Below, in pieces: positions 58,926 through 64,000 of a stretch of DNA of 64,000 nucleotides (the first letter of the stretch is position 1; the number at the start of each line of letters is the position of its first letter). The notes under the pieces are model-generated. The model made no database searches. It was not told where the DNA came from and was given only the letters and a program-made list of their open reading frames with translations. This stretch comes from an uncultured Verrucomicrobiae bacterium. GTDB lineage: Bacteria; Verrucomicrobiota; Verrucomicrobiia; Chthoniobacterales; JAFAMB01. A program made the translations under genes and the position numbers. Location of the stretch: the NCBI GenBank assembly GCA_963837955.1, contig CAWIPH010000002.1, positions 3,360,001 to 3,424,000 of the forward strand, read 5' to 3'.

Positions 58926-60995
58926 TTATGAGTTTTTCCCTACGAGTTCTCTTGCCGCGGTCACAACGTGGTCAGGCTCAAAGCCGAATTTTTTCTGAAG
59001 CTCTTTGAGCGGCGCTGAAGCACCAAAGGTGTGCATGCCGACAACACGGCCATCTTGACCGACGTAGCGCTCCCACCCCAAAGTGGAAGCTTGCTCGATC
59101 GCGACTCGCGCCTTGACGTTTGGCGGAAACACGCTGTTCCGATACTCCGGCGTCTGGTGTTCGAAGATGTCCCAAGACGGCATCGAAACCACGCGGGCGC
59201 GGATGCCTTCGGCCAACAGCTTCTCATGGGCTTCTACAGCGAGACTGACCTCGCTGCCCGACGCGATAAGAATCACTTCAGGATTTCCGTCTGGGGCATC
59301 AGCAAGTACATAGGCGCCACGCGCGACGCCGGATGCCGGTGCGTATCTGTTCCGATCCAACGTTGGCAAAGGCTGGCGCGACAGTGTCAGGACAGCCGGC
59401 TGGTGGCGTAACTGCATGATGTAGCGGTAAGCCTCAACCACCTCGTTAGCGTCGCCCGGCCGCAGCGTGACCAGTCCGGGGATGGCCCGCAACGAGAGAA
59501 GTTGCTCCACCGGTTGGTGCGTCGGGCCGTCCTCTCCGTCACCCATAGCGTCGTGCGTGAAGACAAACAGGGTCGGCAACTCCATCAAGGCAGATAGTCG
59601 GATGGCAGGTCGCGCGTAATCGCTAAAGATAAAAAATGTCGCACCAAAGGCTCGAATCTTAGACAGAGAAAGCCCGTTCACGGTCGCCGCCATTGCGTGT
59701 TCCCGAATGCCGAAATGCAGATTCTTCCCACCTGGGCTGTCAGCCTGGAAATCTCCCGCACCCTCGTAGGTCAGGGTGGTCTTGTTCGAAGGTCCCAGAT
59801 CCGCGGAGCCCCCGAGTAACCAGGGAATATTCTGCGCGAGTACGTTAAGCACCTTGCCGGAGGCATCTCGCCCCGCTAAGCCCTTCTGGTCGCTTGGAAA
59901 AACGGGTAAATTGCGGTCCCAATCGACGGGGAGCTCCCGTCGCTGCATCAGGTCAATCTCGTTAGCAAGTCCAGGGTGCTTGACTGCGTAGGCGGCGAAG
60001 AGGTCCGTCCATTGATGTCTGGCTTCTGCCCCGCGCACACCCACTCCAGCCGCAAAGTGTTCCCGGACGCCATCGGGGACCAGAAACTTCGCGTCCTCAG
60101 GCCACCCATAGCTGCGTTTACACAGGCGGATTTCTTCGTCGCCGAGTGGCTCCCCATGGGCTGCGGCAGTGTCTTGCTTATGTGGGGAACCGTAGCCGAT
60201 GTGGCTGTCCAGAATGAGGAAGGTGGGACGGCCCTTCGTCTGGCGAAAGACCTGCAGGGCATCCTCGATCCGATCGATGTCGTTAGCGTCGCCGACCCGA
60301 AGAACGTTCCACCCGTAACCCAGGAATCGGGTCGCGATGTCCTCCGTGAAGGCGATTCGCGTATTTCCTTCGATAGTGATGTGGTTGTTGTCGTAGATCC
60401 AGCAGAGGTTATCGAGACCCAGATGGCCGGCCAGTGACGCCGCTTCCGAAGCGATGCCCTCCATCATGCAACCGTCTCCACAAACGGCATAGATATGGTA
60501 GTCGAAAACATCGAAGCCAGGCTGGTTGTAGCGGCTGGCGAGCCACTTCTGGCCGATCGCCATACCTACGCTGGTGGCAACGCCCTGCCCGAGTGGGCCG
60601 CTGGTGGTCTCGACGCCCGACACCCAGTGGTACTCGGGGTGCCCTGGCGCCTTGCTGTCGAGCTGCCGGAAACGGCGTATGTCGTCGAGCGAGACCGAGG
60701 GTTGTCCCAGCCGCTCGTAATCGGCGTTCACCGCTTTGGTCCCGGTTAGGTGTAGCACGGACCAGAGCAGCATCGAAGCGTGACCGTTCGAGAGTACGAA
60801 CCGATCGCGGTTAGGCCAAATCGGGTCCTCCGGGTCGAACCGCATGACGCGATTCCAGATCGTATAGACCAACGGCGCCAGCGCCATCGGCGTGCCGGGA
60901 TGTCCGGACTTGGCCTGTTGCACCGCGTCTATCGAGAGGGTGCGGATTGTGTTAATCGACAATTGATCTAATTCCTGGTTGGTCATGGGATTCAT
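58926..60995 (-). CDS. tkt: Transketolase
   Basis: SGHPG, RDRFVLSNGHAS, GPLGQG, GDGCMMEG, FGIREHAM, GEDGPTHQP. Confidence 0.97.
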   Translation of the reverse strand: MNPMTNQELDQLSINTIRTLSIDAVQQAKSGHPGTPMALAPLVYTIWNRVMRFDPEDPIWPNRDRFVLSNGHASMLLWSVLHLTGTKAVNADYERLGQPSVSLDDIRRFRQLDSKAPGHPEYHWVSGVETTSGPLGQGVATSVGMAIGQKWLASRYNQPGFDVFDYHIYAVCGDGCMMEGIASEAASLAGHLGLDNLCWIYDNNHITIEGNTRIAFTEDIATRFLGYGWNVLRVGDANDIDRIEDALQVFRQTKGRPTFLILDSHIGYGSPHKQDTAAAHGEPLGDEEIRLCKRSYGWPEDAKFLVPDGVREHFAAGVGVRGAEARHQWTDLFAAYAVKHPGLANEIDLMQRRELPVDWDRNLPVFPSDQKGLAGRDASGKVLNVLAQNIPWLLGGSADLGPSNKTTLTYEGAGDFQADSPGGKNLHFGIREHAMAATVNGLSLSKIRAFGATFFIFSDYARPAIRLSALMELPTLFVFTHDAMGDGEDGPTHQPVEQLLSLRAIPGLVTLRPGDANEVVEAYRYIMQLRHQPAVLTLSRQPLPTLDRNRYAPASGVARGAYVLADAPDGNPEVILIASGSEVSLAVEAHEKLLAEGIRARVVSMPSWDIFEHQTPEYRNSVFPPNVKARVAIEQASTLGWERYVGQDGRVVGMHTFGASAPLKELQKKFGFEPDHVVTAARELVGKNS

Positions 60996-61032
60996 ATCCT
61001 GGGCGTTAGCCTATTTTTGCGTTCCAAGCGTC

Positions 61033-63105
61033 TTATCGAACAGCCAGCTGCCTCGCCGAAGAATCGGCTACATTCGCGAGAACCAGATCTAACAGCGCCA
61101 GGGTGCCAATCAGTTGGCCGCCACTGTTTTCGACGGCGAATTCGCGATCGGCGGTTTGAGCAAAACGGAGCAAGACTTGGTCAACGAGCTCATCCGGTTT
61201 GGTGCCGATAAAAGGTAATATCAACAAATCTTGCACGGCCGATTCCCCGCGAACCTTTCCCTGTTGCAACAGATCAAAGACGAACTCCATGCGTAACCAT
61301 CCTTTGCACTGTTGATCTTGATTCACCACCGGCAGCATCGATGCTGCAGCCTGCTGGAATGTTTTCAGCGCTGACATCACAGAATCAGTCTCGTGAATCA
61401 CGATCGGGTTGGCCCGCATGAAATCCGCGACTCGCTTCTGACGAATTCCTGGAGAGGCTCGATTAACAATGGCCTTGCGTTCATCCAGCGTCAGGTATTG
61501 GACTGAAGTTCGGCGGAAGAGGTAGCCCAGCGTCAGACTATTTTGAGCCAAAGCGTCAAAAGTAGCTTTGTCCAGGGCGAGCAGCGTCGTGGGCTCCAAG
61601 GCCGTCGCGTTAAACTGTCGCCTCAGGTTTTGGAGAAGTTCCCTTTCGCCGAAATGGTGGCCAGGCGTTAGTGCGCGAACCGGCCCGTTCTCGTCGGAGA
61701 GTTCCACCTTTCCTTTTTCGATGATATAGAAAGAGAAAGCTGGATCGCCGATATGAAAGACCGGGTCGCCTTTCTCTAAATGGACGCGGCCGACCACCTC
61801 GGTCATTTTGATATCCAGAAGACTGATGTCCCGAGGGAACAAGAGCTCCAGACTCCACTCCATGAACACTTTCAATTTCCGCTCCAATCCCGGCAGTTTG
61901 GATAGGTATACGGCTCGCCACATCAGCCAACCTAACAACCCAGAGACTTTGAACCCGAAAACCTTGCCTACAGCGTTCAAATGCCCAAGAGAAGCCATTT
62001 CTCCCAGGGCTTTGAAGCCGAAAGGCTGCAGCGGGCTCTTGCTTCGCAGAGCGACAATGTTCTTCCCCAGGATCGTGCCTTGGCGAATCGCGAATTGCGC
62101 AGTCGCCGGCGAGACACTTCCATCGGTCAGCGGCACCGCAGCGCAATCGCCAGCCGCCCAGAGATTTTGGTGCCCTTTCAATCGCATCGTCGGTTCGGTG
62201 ACCAGTCGCCCTTTGGAGTTGGCTAACTGATATCGATCGATCAATTTTTGGATCACCGGGTGAGTCGCATTCCCGACCGTTGTCACCACCGTGTTGGTTT
62301 CGATCACATCGCCCGTGCTCAGAATAGCTCGCTCGGCGGTGATGGCGTTTACTCGAGTGTCTAGCCGCACCTCAATTCCACGCTTCGCCAGGTGCTCACC
62401 ACAATAACGCCCCAACTCCTCGCCGATTTGCGGCAATAGATAAGGACCGCTGTGAACCAAAACTAAGCGAAAATCTTTGCGGTCGAGTCTCGGATAAAAT
62501 TTGCGTACATCCCGAAGCAGGTCGTAAATCTGGCCGGCGGTCTCCACACCGGAATATCCGCCGCCAACGACAACGAAGGTGAGAAGTTTTTGGCGCAATG
62601 CCTTGGTCCTGGTCACGCTCGCTTCTTCCAACCGTTGGATCACTTCTGCGCGCAGCCGGATAGCGTCCCCGACAGTTTTCATCAGATACCCGTGCTCCGG
62701 CATTCCCGGAACGCGGCTCACGTCCACTACGCTGCCAATGGCAAATACGAGATGTTCAAACTTCAAGGTGGCATCGCGAACAAAGGGCCCCGGAGAAAAG
62801 CGAACGGTCTGAGCATCAAGGTCAACTTCCTCCACGGATCCCATAAAAATGGAGCTGCCTCGGCAGAATTCGCGGAGTGGATTGACGACGTGGAGCGGTG
62901 AAATCGACGACCCACTTACCTCAGCCAACATCGGGTGGAAGAGCATTGCGTTTTGGTCCGCTAAAAGGGCCACGTTTTCAGCGGCATCAGGCAGGCCTGC
63001 GGTCAACGCTCGCGCGCAGTAAGTACCCGCGAATCCCCCGCCCAGGATGACGACTGGAAAAGAATAGGTTTCGGAAGCTAAGGACGAAGGCTGGTTGTCG
63101 GTCAT
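61033..63105 (-). CDS. Type II NADH dehydrogenase fused to cNMP-binding and CBS-pair domains
   Basis: LGGGFAG, VVGGGYSGVETAG, AGDCA, PATAQFA; FYIIEKGKV...HFGERELL; VADFMRANP...LPVVN. Confidence 0.9.
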   Translation of the reverse strand: MTDNQPSSLASETYSFPVVILGGGFAGTYCARALTAGLPDAAENVALLADQNAMLFHPMLAEVSGSSISPLHVVNPLREFCRGSSIFMGSVEEVDLDAQTVRFSPGPFVRDATLKFEHLVFAIGSVVDVSRVPGMPEHGYLMKTVGDAIRLRAEVIQRLEEASVTRTKALRQKLLTFVVVGGGYSGVETAGQIYDLLRDVRKFYPRLDRKDFRLVLVHSGPYLLPQIGEELGRYCGEHLAKRGIEVRLDTRVNAITAERAILSTGDVIETNTVVTTVGNATHPVIQKLIDRYQLANSKGRLVTEPTMRLKGHQNLWAAGDCAAVPLTDGSVSPATAQFAIRQGTILGKNIVALRSKSPLQPFGFKALGEMASLGHLNAVGKVFGFKVSGLLGWLMWRAVYLSKLPGLERKLKVFMEWSLELLFPRDISLLDIKMTEVVGRVHLEKGDPVFHIGDPAFSFYIIEKGKVELSDENGPVRALTPGHHFGERELLQNLRRQFNATALEPTTLLALDKATFDALAQNSLTLGYLFRRTSVQYLTLDERKAIVNRASPGIRQKRVADFMRANPIVIHETDSVMSALKTFQQAAASMLPVVNQDQQCKGWLRMEFVFDLLQQGKVRGESAVQDLLILPFIGTKPDELVDQVLLRFAQTADREFAVENSGGQLIGTLALLDLVLANVADSSARQLAVR

Positions 63106-63218
63106 GGTTTTATACTTCTATGAGAGCCACATTTTGCAGGGGCGCAGAGCCGCTCAGCGCGACTGAATTTCAGCGACCAAGAAGGAGGAGATCAAAGCAT
63201 GTGTCTTCCTTTTTGATC

Positions 63219-63911
63219 TCATTTGAGCTGTGTTGTCGCTGCGCGATCTGCGAGCACCAAAGCTCTTTCCTGATTTACGCGTCCGGCTGGAATTGACGGA
63301 TCGCCTTCCCGGAGGCGGACAAGCATTCCAGCTTTCTCACTCCCAGTGACCAACCAAAGGATGCGTCGAGCGCGATTGAGAATCGGGTATGTCAACGTCA
63401 TCCGGCGCCTCCCTTGATAGATCCCGGTCACGGCAACGTCTGCGTCGCTCACTTGGAGGACGGCGTCGCCGGGCACCAGCGAAGCGGTGTGCCCATCCGG
63501 TCCGAGTCCCAGGTGGATGAGATCGAGCACCGGCGGCGAGCCGGCGATCTTCGCGAGCACCTCAGCATACTGCTTCGCGGCCGCTTCCAGATCGGTCGAT
63601 TCCACTGGCATGGCGTAGACTTGTTCGGGAGGTAACGGCGCATGCTTCAGCAGGCTTTCGCGCAAGTGAGTGAGGTTGCGGTCGGGGTCTCCCGCCGGAG
63701 CCACCCGTTCGTCGACCTGTGCCAAATGCACGCTCTCCCAAGGAACCTGCTCTCCGGCCAGAGCACGGAGCATAATCCAAGGGGTGTGCCCGCCACTGAC
63801 CGCCATGATAAAACGCTCGCGCTCGGCAACTGCTGTTCGCGCCTCTGCGGCGATAATCTTGGCGGCCTCTCGGGCCACCGAATCGGCATCTGCGAATATT
63901 TCAATCTTCAT
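63219..63911 (-). CDS. pgl: 6-phosphogluconolactonase
   Basis: VSGGHTP, VDER, LGLGPDGHTASLVP, RMTLTYP. Confidence 0.94.
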   Translation of the reverse strand: MKIEIFADADSVAREAAKIIAAEARTAVAERERFIMAVSGGHTPWIMLRALAGEQVPWESVHLAQVDERVAPAGDPDRNLTHLRESLLKHAPLPPEQVYAMPVESTDLEAAAKQYAEVLAKIAGSPPVLDLIHLGLGPDGHTASLVPGDAVLQVSDADVAVTGIYQGRRRMTLTYPILNRARRILWLVTGSEKAGMLVRLREGDPSIPAGRVNQERALVLADRAATTQLK

Positions 63912-64000
63912 GTAAACGTCTCCAATATCGGGACTACCCTTTCACAATTGGGTTCTGCCAGCCCGCGGGAGGTGAAACTTTGTGATCGACTTCGCTCGGT

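Overview
Bacterial chromosomal DNA, most consistent with a soil Verrucomicrobiota (Chthoniobacterales-like) genome or MAG. This is inferred from the ECF sigma factor/Ser-Thr kinase pair, the long KdpC, the small-protein families and the repeat types. Content in order: a mobile-mystery-protein A/B (Fic) pair; a frameshifted phospholipase C and ArsR-SRPBCC operon (indels cluster in the first ~5.6 kb, probably sequencing errors); cupin; alpha/beta hydrolase; S53 peptidase; ECF sigma plus kinase-TPR; an MGT glycosyltransferase; two LysR-oxidoreductase modules; a purine-oxidation operon (8-oxoguanine deaminase, xanthine-dehydrogenase-type subunits, double-ABM protein, OprB porin); kdpFABC with no kdpDE; and a sugar/pentose-phosphate block (MFS, Cof, LamB-type porin, tkt, NDH-2-cNMP-CBS fusion, pgl). 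The main hidden signal is a shared regulatory code. Four sigma-54-type GG-N10-GC elements each have upstream T(C/A/T)GCA-N3-TGCGAG boxes, and in three cases the boxes are paired exactly 32 bp apart. They lie in front of kdpFABC, a relic kdpC-SPFH unit, a decayed kinase/pseudo-receiver unit and an uncharacterised GT-A-fold gene. This suggests a KdpDE-independent, enhancer-driven potassium regulon with unexpected members. The window also holds several deletion scars (an ndh/tkt chimera, a mini-YHS paralog, and kdpC, histidine kinase, SDR and TPR fragments), REP doublets, a ~230-bp palindromic element flanking the kdp block, and a candidate expanded xanthine riboswitch. No rRNA, tRNA or CRISPR array was found.
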